Below are positions 48,126 to 58,015 of a stretch of DNA of 64,000 nucleotides, piece after piece. This stretch comes from a virus, in the IMG/VR virus record IMGVR_UViG_3300005731_000013, positions 1 to 64,000 of that record; one strand, 5' to 3'. The notes under the pieces are model-generated. The model worked only from the letters and a program-made list of their open reading frames with translations, did not search any database and was not told where the DNA came from. The translations under genes and the position numbers were made by a program. The first letter of the stretch is position 1. Every line of letters begins with the position of its first letter.

Positions 48126-49643
48126 ATGAAAATAATGAGAACACCTAAACGATTATTCTGGATTCACGTTAAAGACCTTGACTTATCTAATATAGACCCA
48201 AACATCGTTGCATCTAAAAATGCAGCTCGTGTAAAATGGCACTTAGATAATGAAATTGCATCTACTCCGCATTGCATCAATCAAAATTGTAATAATGAAG
48301 TTAAATGGAAGGCAGGGCATGGTTACCAAACATTTTGCAGTCGTAAATGTAGTGCGCAAAATGAATCAATCAAACAACAAAAGAAAAATACATGTGAACA
48401 AAAATATGGTGTGTCAAATCCGAGCAAAAACACAGAAATTAAACAAAAAATAAAAGATACAACGAATAAACGATTTGGTGTTGACCATCCGTTGCAAAAT
48501 GACGATATTATGACTAAAACCAAGAATACGAATATAGCCAAATATGGTGTGTCGTCATACTCACAAACTGCTAAATTCAAAGAATTGGTCTCAGGTGACA
48601 GTAATCCGAATCGTCAACGGTTTTCACAAGACACATTAGATATCTTGAATAGTAAATCAAAATTTAATAGTTTGGCTGATGGTAAATCGATTTATGAGTT
48701 AAGTGACGCTTTAGAAAAGTTTGATATATCTACTTTACGAAAGTATATTCATCAATATGACAGTAATGTATTATTGCGACGGTCACAATTAGAACATGAA
48801 ATGGCTGATTTTTTGAATGATTTAGATGTTAAATTTATTCAAAATGAACGCAATATTATATCTCCACAAGAACTAGATTTTTATTTACCTGATCATAATA
48901 TTGCTATCGAAATGAATGGTATCTACTGGCATTCCGAAAAGTTTATTTCTGATAAATTTTACCATTATAATAAATGGAAATCATGTCATGATAACGATAT
49001 CCACCTGATATCTATTTTTGAAGATTTATGGATAAATCATCCAACTAAAGTCAAACAAGCATTAATATCATTATTGGGATTGCGACATAGTCCAGTAATT
49101 GGGGCGCGAAAGTTGCAAATCATGCAAATAAATGCAACCATTGCACGGCCATTTTTAAACAAATACCATTTACAAAATTTTGTGAATGGAACACATTTTG
49201 CTGCATTCAACTATCAAATGCAACCAATGGCAATCATGACATTTGGAATGTCACGAAATCAACATTTTGAACTTAAACGGTTTTCTACAAATGGCGGGAA
49301 TTTTCCAGGTGTGGCCTCTAAATTATTCAAATATGCACGCCAACAATTAGCATTTGATAAGGTTGTCAGTTTTAGTGATAATACATGGTTTACAGGCAAG
49401 ATGTATGAACATTTAGGTTTTGATTTTGAAAATGTAATTCAACCGTCATATAAATATTTTTATAAAGGAAATTTAGTTCATTGCTCGACTTTTACAAAAC
49501 AAAATATAGTTAGGAAATTTCCATATATGAAAGAAGCAATAGATAACGGAATGACTGAAAAAATTGCCATGCAGCAACTTGACATACCACGTGTATGGGA
49601 TTGTGGCAAGAAAAAATGGTTATGGACTGATAGAAACGGTTGA
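48126..49643 (+). CDS. Hef/Vsr-like homing endonuclease with GNAT-like C-terminus
   Basis: C.NQNC, FCSRKC, KYGVSNP repeats, ELDFYLPDHNIAIEMNGIYWHS, ARPFLNKYHLQ..FELKRF..VVSFSDN..RVWDCG. Confidence 0.87.
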   Translation: MKIMRTPKRLFWIHVKDLDLSNIDPNIVASKNAARVKWHLDNEIASTPHCINQNCNNEVKWKAGHGYQTFCSRKCSAQNESIKQQKKNTCEQKYGVSNPSKNTEIKQKIKDTTNKRFGVDHPLQNDDIMTKTKNTNIAKYGVSSYSQTAKFKELVSGDSNPNRQRFSQDTLDILNSKSKFNSLADGKSIYELSDALEKFDISTLRKYIHQYDSNVLLRRSQLEHEMADFLNDLDVKFIQNERNIISPQELDFYLPDHNIAIEMNGIYWHSEKFISDKFYHYNKWKSCHDNDIHLISIFEDLWINHPTKVKQALISLLGLRHSPVIGARKLQIMQINATIARPFLNKYHLQNFVNGTHFAAFNYQMQPMAIMTFGMSRNQHFELKRFSTNGGNFPGVASKLFKYARQQLAFDKVVSFSDNTWFTGKMYEHLGFDFENVIQPSYKYFYKGNLVHCSTFTKQNIVRKFPYMKEAIDNGMTEKIAMQQLDIPRVWDCGKKKWLWTDRNG

Positions 49644-49668
49644 CAACCAAAATGTTTTACGTTATATT
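49640..49668 (+). promoter_or_regulatory. Sigma70-like promoter
   Basis: TTGACA-17 nt-TATATT, overlapping the endonuclease stop. Confidence 0.65.
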
Positions 49669-49724
49669 GATAATATAATTAATGCAACAAACTGTTGCCA
49701 ATGCTGTTTATTAGGAGACAAGCA

Positions 49725-49865
49725 ATGATGAACCCTATTTTCTTCGTATTTAATATTGCAATCATGTGTGCAATGCTGACGTTCCTCCCCCAGATTGCAT
49801 TTGCGTTTGCAAATACCACTTCTGCATCTGGCCGCATGTTTTGGCCAATCTTGACTCAATTTTAA
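49725..49865 (+). CDS. 46-aa hydrophobic peptide
   Basis: Below cutoff; AGGAG RBS; MMNPIFFVFNIAIMCAMLTFLPQIAFAFANTTSASGRMFWPILTQF. Confidence 0.6.
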   Translation: MMNPIFFVFNIAIMCAMLTFLPQIAFAFANTTSASGRMFWPILTQF

Positions 49866-49892
49866 TATATAAGTTGATTTGCAAAGTTAGAT

Positions 49893-49924
49893 AATGGGAC
49901 TAGAAATCTAGTCCCATTTTTTTT
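49893..49924 (+). terminator. Intrinsic terminator
   Basis: aatgggactaga-aa-tctagtcccatt followed by a T run. Confidence 0.85.
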
Positions 49925-49930
49925 GAGTAA

Positions 49931-50359
49931 TTAATCTTTATTTACAGTGTTTGTCAAGGGTTTCCATTCATTCAATGATAACCCGTCAGCATAATTGTCA
50001 TCAAATGATAATTGAACTTCATCACCATTTTGTATTTTAGCACCTGCATCATTCATCTTCTCCATCATTTCCCTATTATATGCAAATTCATATAATTTAT
50101 GATATTCTTGATCATCAATTAACCAAATTAAGATCATGTTGTCTGAAGTCACAATGTGATGTATGTAAACAAAATTGCCTTCAGGCACTGATTTGATCGG
50201 TGTTCCCAATAATTGTTGATATGTTGTAAATGCAACTGTTCCTAATAACAGCATACCAATAAGAATTAATGATTTGAATATATCATTCATATTTGAAAAA
50301 TATGATGTATATGCCATCAAAATTGCAACTGCCACTCCGCATACAATTAATATTGTCAT
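49931..50359 (-). CDS. Membrane protein (2 TM + soluble domain)
   Basis: Two N-terminal hydrophobic helices; third gene of the ExbB/ExbD-like operon. Confidence 0.65.
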   Translation of the reverse strand: MTILIVCGVAVAILMAYTSYFSNMNDIFKSLILIGMLLLGTVAFTTYQQLLGTPIKSVPEGNFVYIHHIVTSDNMILIWLIDDQEYHKLYEFAYNREMMEKMNDAGAKIQNGDEVQLSFDDNYADGLSLNEWKPLTNTVNKD

Positions 50360-50970
50360 CTAGATCTCCCTTGCGAATTTCCATTAAATACAATATTTCG
50401 TCGAAATGGCATTTGAATATCTGTACGCATGTCACCAATATCTCCATTTTCATTGACTTCAAATGATGCAACTGTCAATTCTTTATCAGGTGTTAATGTT
50501 ATACTGTCTACAAATTTAATCGCAAAAGGATCAATTTGTGTTACTGTTATTGTCGAATCAACTGCATCGCCAGCAGGAGTATAATAATGAACGTTTATAA
50601 AATATTCTCCGGCCGGTAAAGTTGTAAAAGATATTACTTCATAATTTCGAGCAATAATTTCTTCTTCACCATTTACTATAATAGTATCATTTGATACACC
50701 GCGGTCATCTCTTTCTAAATTGAAATATTTTCCATCCATTTTAGAAAATCCAACCCACGTCTGATCATAACCTCTTACCCATAAATCCATATCTTCAGTC
50801 AATGCAGGATCCCATTCTAATGTGATTAATAGCCGAACAGGAGGATCAATTGTTCCTAATGTTTCTGGAGGATTAATCATTAGAAAAGAAATGATAAACA
50901 TCATCGATATACCAAGTAATAAATTGAACAATAAATCAATGAATGCTAATATTGCTGATGTTCGTTTCAT
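50356..50970 (-). CDS. ExbD/MotB-like anchor fused to a YfaP/DUF2135-like domain
   Basis: AFIDLLFNLLLG TM with Asp; LEWD....DMDLWV...LERDDRG...NYEVI....PAGEYFINVHYY. Confidence 0.6.
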   Translation of the reverse strand: MKRTSAILAFIDLLFNLLLGISMMFIISFLMINPPETLGTIDPPVRLLITLEWDPALTEDMDLWVRGYDQTWVGFSKMDGKYFNLERDDRGVSNDTIIVNGEEEIIARNYEVISFTTLPAGEYFINVHYYTPAGDAVDSTITVTQIDPFAIKFVDSITLTPDKELTVASFEVNENGDIGDMRTDIQMPFRRNIVFNGNSQGRSR

Positions 50971-51416
50971 GATTCAAGCACCACAATTTGTAAATTGATG
51001 ATAACACTTGCAACAATTCCTGATAACGATGTGATAAGAGCAGCACTCATTCCTTGTGCCATCATTGCCAAGGCCGTCGTCATTGCCAATGTATCTGATG
51101 GGTCTAGAATTACGCCCGGACCAAATACTGCCCACAAGACTATCATAAACCCACTTAACGTGCCTATCAGCCCTATAGATATTACGCTCTCACTCATAAA
51201 ATATAACATATCGTTATTAGTATATTGTTTGGTATAATATTTCCATCCGAGCAATATATGAGATGACACCAGAATTCCTATGTTTACAAATGTCAACATT
51301 GTTTGATCATAAATTTGAATAAATTCAAATAAACCAAAATAAAAGTGACCAGTTGCTAATACAAATACCATTAGGACTAAAATTGTCCAGAATTTCCAAA
51401 ATTTAATTTTTTCCAT
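50967..51416 (-). CDS. MotA/TolQ/ExbB-like membrane protein
   Basis: IGLIGTLSGF...GMSAALITSLSGIVAS; start set at MEKIK 51416. Confidence 0.7.
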   Translation of the reverse strand: MEKIKFWKFWTILVLMVFVLATGHFYFGLFEFIQIYDQTMLTFVNIGILVSSHILLGWKYYTKQYTNNDMLYFMSESVISIGLIGTLSGFMIVLWAVFGPGVILDPSDTLAMTTALAMMAQGMSAALITSLSGIVASVIINLQIVVLES

Positions 51417-53040
51417 TATTTTTCCAAATATATTTTGCATTTCCACAATCCCAAATTCGAAGCCAGCCATTATTTGTCATATTATCATATTGACTTTGCG
51501 TGTTGTCATAATGCTTTAAAAGTGTAGTTAAATTTGATCTTACTGCTTTGTTTCGTGATATTACGTCATATGTTCCTCTTCCTGTTTGCTTGGCATACAT
51601 ATAGCCTGGTTTTGAAAATGACACAAATTCAAACCCGTAACGGCTATAAACATTATCAGCATTGCCAAATCTAAGATTGGCGTATGTCAATAATGATTCA
51701 AAATCTTCTTCCTTGCATGAGTTGACCAACAATTTACTGAACCCGCCAGGAATATGATATCCATTTTTGATAGCAAATCTTGCAATTTCAAAAGTATCAG
51801 GGCCTTTGTTAAATCTGTCATGAATGAATGAAATCGCTGCTACTAATTCACCAGATGAAGTTTTCAACCCATAATTTATTTTTGTTTTGACATCACCCAT
51901 CAAATGATTTTCATTCATAAACACTTGCTTGTCAGAATGTTGAAGTTTGACAAACTTCAATTTCCTAGCATATATCTTTGTTTCATATTTGCCCAAACAA
52001 TGACTGATCATGCCTGTTACTAAATCAAATTTATTTTCAATCTCATGTTCAAAAAACGTCAACAATCTGATATTCTTATCTGAACACATTTTGAACTTAT
52101 CTTTCGAAGTATGTTTATTACGAGGATCAATTAAATCTGAATGCCAATAAATTCCATTCAATTCAATAGCAAGATTATATTCTGGTATCCAAATATCCAA
52201 TTCACGTTCTATTACATCTCTGTTATTTGTTTCAAAATACACATTTTGTGATATCAAATAATCTGCAATATAACTTTCTATTTTTGATACAGGTTTACGT
52301 GTTATTTTTAAATCATGCTTTCGAATATAACTCAGCAATGTTTTTGGTGTTATTTGAAGGTCGTCAGCATATTGTGTAAATGTCTTAGATTTGTCATCAC
52401 AAATTTGTTTACAAAACTCTACATTTGATAATTTTTCTAATAGTGATTCAGACATATGTTGCTGCGTATAATATTTGTTTCCAAACATTTTATTATGTGA
52501 ATCTCTGATTTTATCTATTACGAGTTGTGATTTTGCAGGATTATCATAACCATAACGTTCAATATTGGTCTGCTTAATCTTTTCTCGAATTTCAGGCGAG
52601 CTCGCTGGAGTTTTGGTCCCATAACGTTTTAAATTAGTCTGTTCACGAATAGTCTTTGTATGATTAAATGTATGCGTATCTCCATACTTATTTAAATTTG
52701 TTTGTTTGATTTTTTCAAATTTTGTTGATTTTGGATCATTTGAACATTTATTCGAACAAAACTTACGAAACTCTTTTTTGACCGTATCTAATGTGGTCTG
52801 TTTCCCACAAATCATACAATGATTAGTAATGGCTATATCATTGATGATAATCATAATCACGGCAGATAATTTATAATTTTGTAAGTTGTGCTTCTTGACA
52901 AATGGACTAACTATTGTTATGATATCGTCATAATGCTTCGAAGTTGTTCGAACAGTATTGGCATTGACCCTTCCTTTTGAATCAATTATCTTTGGAATTT
53001 TTAATAGTTCTGCCTTCGTCATTACAATACCTTTTAGCAT
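51403..53040 (-). CDS. Hef/Vsr-like homing endonuclease with GNAT-like C-terminus
   Basis: CMIC, FCSNKC, TNL.KYG repeats, ELDIWIPEYNLAIELNGIYWHS, FEIARF, GGFSKL, RIWDCG; TATAAATA directly upstream, true start probably MTKAE at 53022. Confidence 0.87.
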   Translation of the reverse strand: MLKGIVMTKAELLKIPKIIDSKGRVNANTVRTTSKHYDDIITIVSPFVKKHNLQNYKLSAVIMIIINDIAITNHCMICGKQTTLDTVKKEFRKFCSNKCSNDPKSTKFEKIKQTNLNKYGDTHTFNHTKTIREQTNLKRYGTKTPASSPEIREKIKQTNIERYGYDNPAKSQLVIDKIRDSHNKMFGNKYYTQQHMSESLLEKLSNVEFCKQICDDKSKTFTQYADDLQITPKTLLSYIRKHDLKITRKPVSKIESYIADYLISQNVYFETNNRDVIERELDIWIPEYNLAIELNGIYWHSDLIDPRNKHTSKDKFKMCSDKNIRLLTFFEHEIENKFDLVTGMISHCLGKYETKIYARKLKFVKLQHSDKQVFMNENHLMGDVKTKINYGLKTSSGELVAAISFIHDRFNKGPDTFEIARFAIKNGYHIPGGFSKLLVNSCKEEDFESLLTYANLRFGNADNVYSRYGFEFVSFSKPGYMYAKQTGRGTYDVISRNKAVRSNLTTLLKHYDNTQSQYDNMTNNGWLRIWDCGNAKYIWKNNGKN

Positions 53041-53063
53041 TATTTATACAGGTATTCAGACTG

Positions 53064-53090
53064 AATGCCAAGCAAAAAATGCTTGGCATT
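53064..53090. terminator. Hairpin after the tail sheath gene
   Basis: aatgccaagca-aaaaa-tgcttggcatt. Confidence 0.7.
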
Positions 53091-53117
53091 CTATTTTAAT
53101 TTAAATGTGCGCTATTA

Positions 53118-55589
53118 TTACAGCGAACCAGTGTTTACAATCCTAATAGGTATGTATATAAATTCAACACTTTTTGTTGGTGCAATTGCGATATCGATAT
53201 ATAGTTCGTTACGGTCAATTCGCAATGATGTGTTATTGCTTTCGTCACAGACAACTGCGAAATCTGACAATGCTCGTTTTGTCAAAAGATCACTTAAGAA
53301 CGAGTCAAACAATTGTTTTGCACGGTCACGAGTCAATTTATCATTTTGTTCAAACAATAATGGTCTTGCAATTTCATCAAATCGCTCACGTAGATATGCA
53401 ACAAGGCGTGCCACGTTAACTCGGTCCAAAGCACTTGATGTAGGGTGCAATGTTTTTTGTCCAAATACAACCACACCTTCTAATGGGAATTGTGCGATTG
53501 GGTTCATATTATTCAAATACATTGCATCACGTTGGCCTTGGCTCAATGATACAGTTTTAAATTCATTTTCAGTTGTAATATATCCAACTGCTGAACCATT
53601 TTGAACTACACCACGAGTCAAGCCAGCAGGCGCGAACCATGGATATGAAATATTATCATTATAAGCATATGTATACAATACAACATGACTTGCTGGGACT
53701 GTAACTGTGTCTCCTGCAGGTGTAGTTGAACGTGCAGATGGATAATAAACAGCACTATATGTATTTTTGGTAACTAGACCATCTTCACCATTTTCAGATG
53801 CTGATGTTCCTAATACCCATTCAGTTGCTTCTGCAGGAGTTTTGCGCATAGGTGCATCAATAATAATAAATCCTGTTTCGCCACGGTCACTATTAAGTGT
53901 TACTAATTCGTCAGTTAATTCTGGGAAATTAGGTGCAGCAAGCAATGTAAATTCACGATACGGATCACGAAGATCATCATTTCCTGCTACTGCTGCTTGC
54001 ATTGATGTTGCGATGATTTTATGTTGTGCCAATCTGCCAAATACACCAGATCCATCAACATTATTTCCTGCGCCATTAACCCAGGCATCAACAGTAGATG
54101 CGCCATCATTTACTGAAATATTTTCTTCCCATACACGAACAGTATTGCTACTAAATGCCATGTTTACAGCCAACATATCAGTTGGATAAATTGCAGCTTG
54201 AGGAGCATCATCAAATAAGTTTGCGCCTGTTACAGCACCACTTGCTAATGTAGTTCTGTCAGTCGATGTAAAATCAGAAAACAAAACGCCGCGTTCGGTG
54301 CTTTGATCAGTATTATCATAAAGCAACCATTGTGTTGATGCAGAATCATATCTATATAATTTTGGATAAGCACTATCTTCAGCACTTGTGTCTACCCAAA
54401 TATCATTATCACTAAGTGAACCAGTCGGCTCAGTAACTGAATAAGTGATATCAGCTGCTGCAACCCGTGTCCAATCACTTCCGTCATGAATCAAGATATC
54501 CAAATCATCTACAGAATCATCATACCAATAAGTTCCTGCAACTGCGGTTCCTGTTGGTTCATCATCTTGTGCATAAATCACTGAATCAATTGCAGATGCA
54601 GTAGTGTCTACTTGTTCTAATGCGATTCCTGCGGCTGTAGATGCCATTACTGCTAATGCTAGATTTGTATCTGTCATTGTTGCAGTAATATTAGTTGCAC
54701 TCAATCCATCTTGTGCCACATAAATTGATCCACCTTCTGTTAATGTTACACCTTCAACAGTCAATAAATCAAACACGCCTGAAGAATTTGACTGATAAGC
54801 AACAAGGTTTATACCATTGCCAGGCTGGGTTGTTTTGATCCATACATCATTATCAGCTGGAGAGCTAGGTGTATTATAATGAGGATTAAATGTAACGGTT
54901 TGTGTTTGTGCAGTTTGCCACGCATCATTTAATGCTGTCCATGTTCCGTCTTCATTTACAAAATAACCTAATGAAACACCTGTTGTGCCATCACTAAGAA
55001 TTGCAACTAGAAAATTTTGATCATCTGGCGATGATGCTGCTGTTGTGGTTGGTGAATATGTGCTTGGATTGGCAATTTCACCAGCACTTGCACTGAGGTC
55101 AACCTCGACAGTTACAGATTGTAATACCCAAGATGCACTTGACGCAACCCATTTATGAACACCATAAGAACTGGCATCTGTATCAAACCAAATTTGATTT
55201 GCATTTGCTGGACCTGTTGGCGCAGTGTCTGTCGCTTCAAGTTGATCTAAATCAATTGCAGCACGGACAACATATGCTTGAGAACCTTGACCTAAATAGC
55301 TATATGCAGCCAACAAACCATACTCACTTGTCTCTGCTGCCTCAATGCTTGAAAATGTCGGATCTCCGAAATATTGTGTTAACTCACGCTGACTTGTTAC
55401 TGGAACAACCTGCCCTGCATAGGCAGCTTTCGTATATTTGGCAATTCCATCTGTCTCTGTTCCTGTTGGATCTGTTTTGTCTTGCGCCGTAGCAAGAATG
55501 ATTAGAGGAATTGTCCCAGCACCTGGGCTGGCATAGGCGCTTTCGTCTACAACTGTTACGTCGACACCTGGGGATACTAATGTAGCCAT
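53118..55589 (-). CDS. Contractile tail sheath protein (gp18-like)
   Basis: LVSPGVDVTVVDES, PWFAPAGLTRG, FGQKTL, DRVNVARL, VVCDESNNT, IAPTKSVEFIYIP. Confidence 0.96.
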   Translation of the reverse strand: MATLVSPGVDVTVVDESAYASPGAGTIPLIILATAQDKTDPTGTETDGIAKYTKAAYAGQVVPVTSQRELTQYFGDPTFSSIEAAETSEYGLLAAYSYLGQGSQAYVVRAAIDLDQLEATDTAPTGPANANQIWFDTDASSYGVHKWVASSASWVLQSVTVEVDLSASAGEIANPSTYSPTTTAASSPDDQNFLVAILSDGTTGVSLGYFVNEDGTWTALNDAWQTAQTQTVTFNPHYNTPSSPADNDVWIKTTQPGNGINLVAYQSNSSGVFDLLTVEGVTLTEGGSIYVAQDGLSATNITATMTDTNLALAVMASTAAGIALEQVDTTASAIDSVIYAQDDEPTGTAVAGTYWYDDSVDDLDILIHDGSDWTRVAAADITYSVTEPTGSLSDNDIWVDTSAEDSAYPKLYRYDSASTQWLLYDNTDQSTERGVLFSDFTSTDRTTLASGAVTGANLFDDAPQAAIYPTDMLAVNMAFSSNTVRVWEENISVNDGASTVDAWVNGAGNNVDGSGVFGRLAQHKIIATSMQAAVAGNDDLRDPYREFTLLAAPNFPELTDELVTLNSDRGETGFIIIDAPMRKTPAEATEWVLGTSASENGEDGLVTKNTYSAVYYPSARSTTPAGDTVTVPASHVVLYTYAYNDNISYPWFAPAGLTRGVVQNGSAVGYITTENEFKTVSLSQGQRDAMYLNNMNPIAQFPLEGVVVFGQKTLHPTSSALDRVNVARLVAYLRERFDEIARPLLFEQNDKLTRDRAKQLFDSFLSDLLTKRALSDFAVVCDESNNTSLRIDRNELYIDIAIAPTKSVEFIYIPIRIVNTGSL

Positions 55590-55694
55590 ATTTGACTCCT
55601 TTTGCTAATATTGTTATATCAATATTTAGCAATCCCATACTTATTATAGCACAAAACAGAATAAACTACGTATGAAATAACAAATTACAAAAAA

Positions 55695-55901
55695 TCAGTG
55701 ATATTGACTTAGTTTGTTAAAAATGATTTTTTGAATTTTTTGGTCATAATAATCGTGTAGTTCTATCAATTTCGCAATAGTTGTTTCATGCATAATAAGT
55801 TGTTCTTCATAATATTGGTCCATTTGATCTATTGGTTGCAGAGCTATGAAATCACAAAATTTACTCATCGTTTCATTTCGTTGTTGTTCAATATTCAACA
55901 T
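55695..55901 (-). CDS. Hypothetical protein
   Basis: 68 aa overlapping the end of the dNMP kinase. Confidence 0.5.
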   Translation of the reverse strand: MLNIEQQRNETMSKFCDFIALQPIDQMDQYYEEQLIMHETTIAKLIELHDYYDQKIQKIIFNKLSQYH

Positions 55902-56530
55902 TTATCTATCATTTGCCGTTGTATCTGTTGTGCTAAATCTTCAATAGTTCCCTCATTATGAATTGTTTTATCAAATTCCGTCGGATGATCAATCCATCGC
56001 CATTCACTTTCATGAATGTCAGGATGATATTCATGCATCCAATCCGTATCATACCGATTGTCGTTAATGGCATTATTAATCCATTCTGGATCTGGACCCT
56101 TTTTAATACGCCACACTTGACCATTCATGTTACGCACCAATTCACGCTCATTAAAAAATCTAATGTCAGGTATTACAAAATTAGTATTCGGATTTTCAAT
56201 CAATTCTTTCTTAACAAATAAAATCCATATTTGATCATCCAATCCTTTTCGCATACAATCAGTTCCGACCCGCTGCAATATAGACCTCGGCGTGACATCA
56301 TATCCTAATTCATTTGTCCAAAATTCATCTGGCTTTTCACGCCATTTTCGACTATGTGGTGTTTGACCTTCAATCATATCACGATCCCAATCAAACATTG
56401 TCGCAATAGTATCTTTCAATCGATCAGCATAGCTAAGTTTTTTAAAATTGTAATTGTCAACGAGAATATCACCGACAGTGTCTTTACCACTGCCGATGAA
56501 TCCTGCTAGCCCTATAATGTGTCGTTTCAT
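55895..56530 (-). CDS. Deoxynucleoside monophosphate kinase (T4 gp1-like)
   Basis: IIGLAGFIGSGKDT, SYADRLKD, TPRSILQRVGTD, PDIRFFNE, HESE. Confidence 0.92.
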   Translation of the reverse strand: MKRHIIGLAGFIGSGKDTVGDILVDNYNFKKLSYADRLKDTIATMFDWDRDMIEGQTPHSRKWREKPDEFWTNELGYDVTPRSILQRVGTDCMRKGLDDQIWILFVKKELIENPNTNFVIPDIRFFNERELVRNMNGQVWRIKKGPDPEWINNAINDNRYDTDWMHEYHPDIHESEWRWIDHPTEFDKTIHNEGTIEDLAQQIQRQMIDKC

Positions 56531-56581
56531 ATAATCTCCTATGCGTAAATTATAGCATAAAAGTTAAATGAAATCAAGTAG

Positions 56582-56815
56582 TTACTGTGACATTTTTTTA
56601 AATAACGCATTCTGATTTTGAATATCTAAATCAGCCATTAATTTATCAATTTCATCCTCAGTGCCACAAAGGATGTCTCGTTTTAACCCCCACAAAATGA
56701 CACTGTCATGTTTGTTCATAGAACTAAGATACCAATCTTTAAACTTGTTCAACTTGTCCAACGCATCAGAACGTTTTGAAATCAAACGGCGGGCGGCGAT
56801 AGCTTTGCCCGTCAT
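56582..56815 (-). CDS. Hypothetical early protein
   Basis: 77 aa, overlap-coupled. Confidence 0.55.
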   Translation of the reverse strand: MTGKAIAARRLISKRSDALDKLNKFKDWYLSSMNKHDSVILWGLKRDILCGTEDEIDKLMADLDIQNQNALFKKMSQ

Positions 56816-57090
56816 TTATCTTTAAGCCTGTTCATAAATTCTTCTTGTCCAAGTGCATCTACAGTCTTGCGGATCTCTTCCAAAATATGTTCAGGGAGGT
56901 TGCTATCTTCAGGAACCTCAGCAATCAATGCTGTGATAAAGTATCGCCAAGATCCAATCATATGAGAATAGAATTTTCCACGATTGATTGAATTTATGCT
57001 TTTGTTTTCTTCGCTACGTTCAAGTGACCTGACAAGATTTGAATAGTCTTTAAGTAATGGTTCAAGTTGGGATGCAATTTCTTTGTTCAT
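56812..57090 (-). CDS. Hypothetical early protein
   Basis: 92 aa, overlap-coupled. Confidence 0.55.
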   Translation of the reverse strand: MNKEIASQLEPLLKDYSNLVRSLERSEENKSINSINRGKFYSHMIGSWRYFITALIAEVPEDSNLPEHILEEIRKTVDALGQEEFMNRLKDK

Positions 57091-57461
57091 GTCATGAGCT
57101 TTTTAATTACAATGGCTTCTTCAGCAAATTTAATATCTTGGTCTGGAACAAACTCGTTACACGCATGAACGCTTGAAGATGGGCCGCGGCTTCGACCACG
57201 AACATTGTGTTCTTTCGGACACATTGATGATTTCATCCAATTATAACAATTTCCACATTTGCGACGGCGGGCCAATTCTTGCAGCGAAGCCAATGAATTG
57301 GATTTAATCAAATTATCAATTTGACGTTGTTTAAAATCGTCACTCATCAAATTTTCCTTTATGCTTTCGTTTACGAGGAATAATTTTTTCCTTGCACTTC
57401 TTAGAAGGCACTGCCTTAGGACGATATGGTCCGTTCGGATCACGGACCAACATAGCGGCAT
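57087..57461 (-). CDS. Cys-containing hypothetical protein (start probably at MSDDFK)
   Basis: KCGNCYNWMKSSMCPKE...C; AAGGA before the internal Met. Confidence 0.55.
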   Translation of the reverse strand: MPLCWSVIRTDHIVLRQCLLRSARKKLFLVNESIKENLMSDDFKQRQIDNLIKSNSLASLQELARRRKCGNCYNWMKSSMCPKEHNVRGRSRGPSSSVHACNEFVPDQDIKFAEEAIVIKKLMT

Positions 57462-57481
57462 AATTGCGCTCTTTTGGGATT

Positions 57482-57706
57482 TTAGGTTTCTTCGCCATAA
57501 TTCTCAAGCTTCACAAAAGTATTGCGGACAATCACTTCATTTTCATCAACCCGTCCTGGGCGGTTGTGTTTGACCACTTTAACAAACATAGATTTGGCTG
57601 TAAAACGAGTTACAACACAAACGCGGGATTCTGCATAGCGGCCTGTTGTACTATAAAAGATATAGTCGCCAACGTCAACGCTTTTACCAATAAAATCAGT
57701 TTTCAT
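57482..57706 (-). CDS. Small SH3-like hypothetical protein
   Basis: DFIGKSVDVGDYIFY...VVTRFTAK. Confidence 0.6.
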   Translation of the reverse strand: MKTDFIGKSVDVGDYIFYSTTGRYAESRVCVVTRFTAKSMFVKVVKHNRPGRVDENEVIVRNTFVKLENYGEET

Positions 57707-57721
57707 TTTTTACCTTTTGTA

Positions 57722-58015
57722 TCATTCAAGCACTGTCGCAATATCTGCAACATAGGATGCGAAGTTACAATAAAACTCGCCATTCAAGTCTTCTGGGGCA
57801 AACTCATCTAGATCAACTTCATAAAATTCAAGCAATGAGCCATCAAGATTTACAACTACTGCAACACTTACAGGACAAGCGCCATATGTGTAACTGAAGC
57901 CGTAAGGCTGTTCAACTAAATCTTCTACAACGTTCATCAATGATGGCGCTTGGTTTACGATTTGGTAAATAAACTTATTTACATTTTCTTTTTGCATTAC
58001 ATTGCTCCAGTCCAA
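57722..58015 (-). CDS. Hypothetical protein
   Basis: About 90-97 aa in early operon. Confidence 0.5.
   Translation of the reverse strand: MDWSNVMQKENVNKFIYQIVNQAPSLMNVVEDLVEQPYGFSYTYGACPVSVAVVVNLDGSLLEFYEVDLDEFAPEDLNGEFYCNFASYVADIATVLE

Noticed and set aside
49662-49859. 65-aa Cys-rich minus-strand ORF
   Set aside because: Antisense to the plus-strand peptide gene, which has promoter, SD and terminator support.
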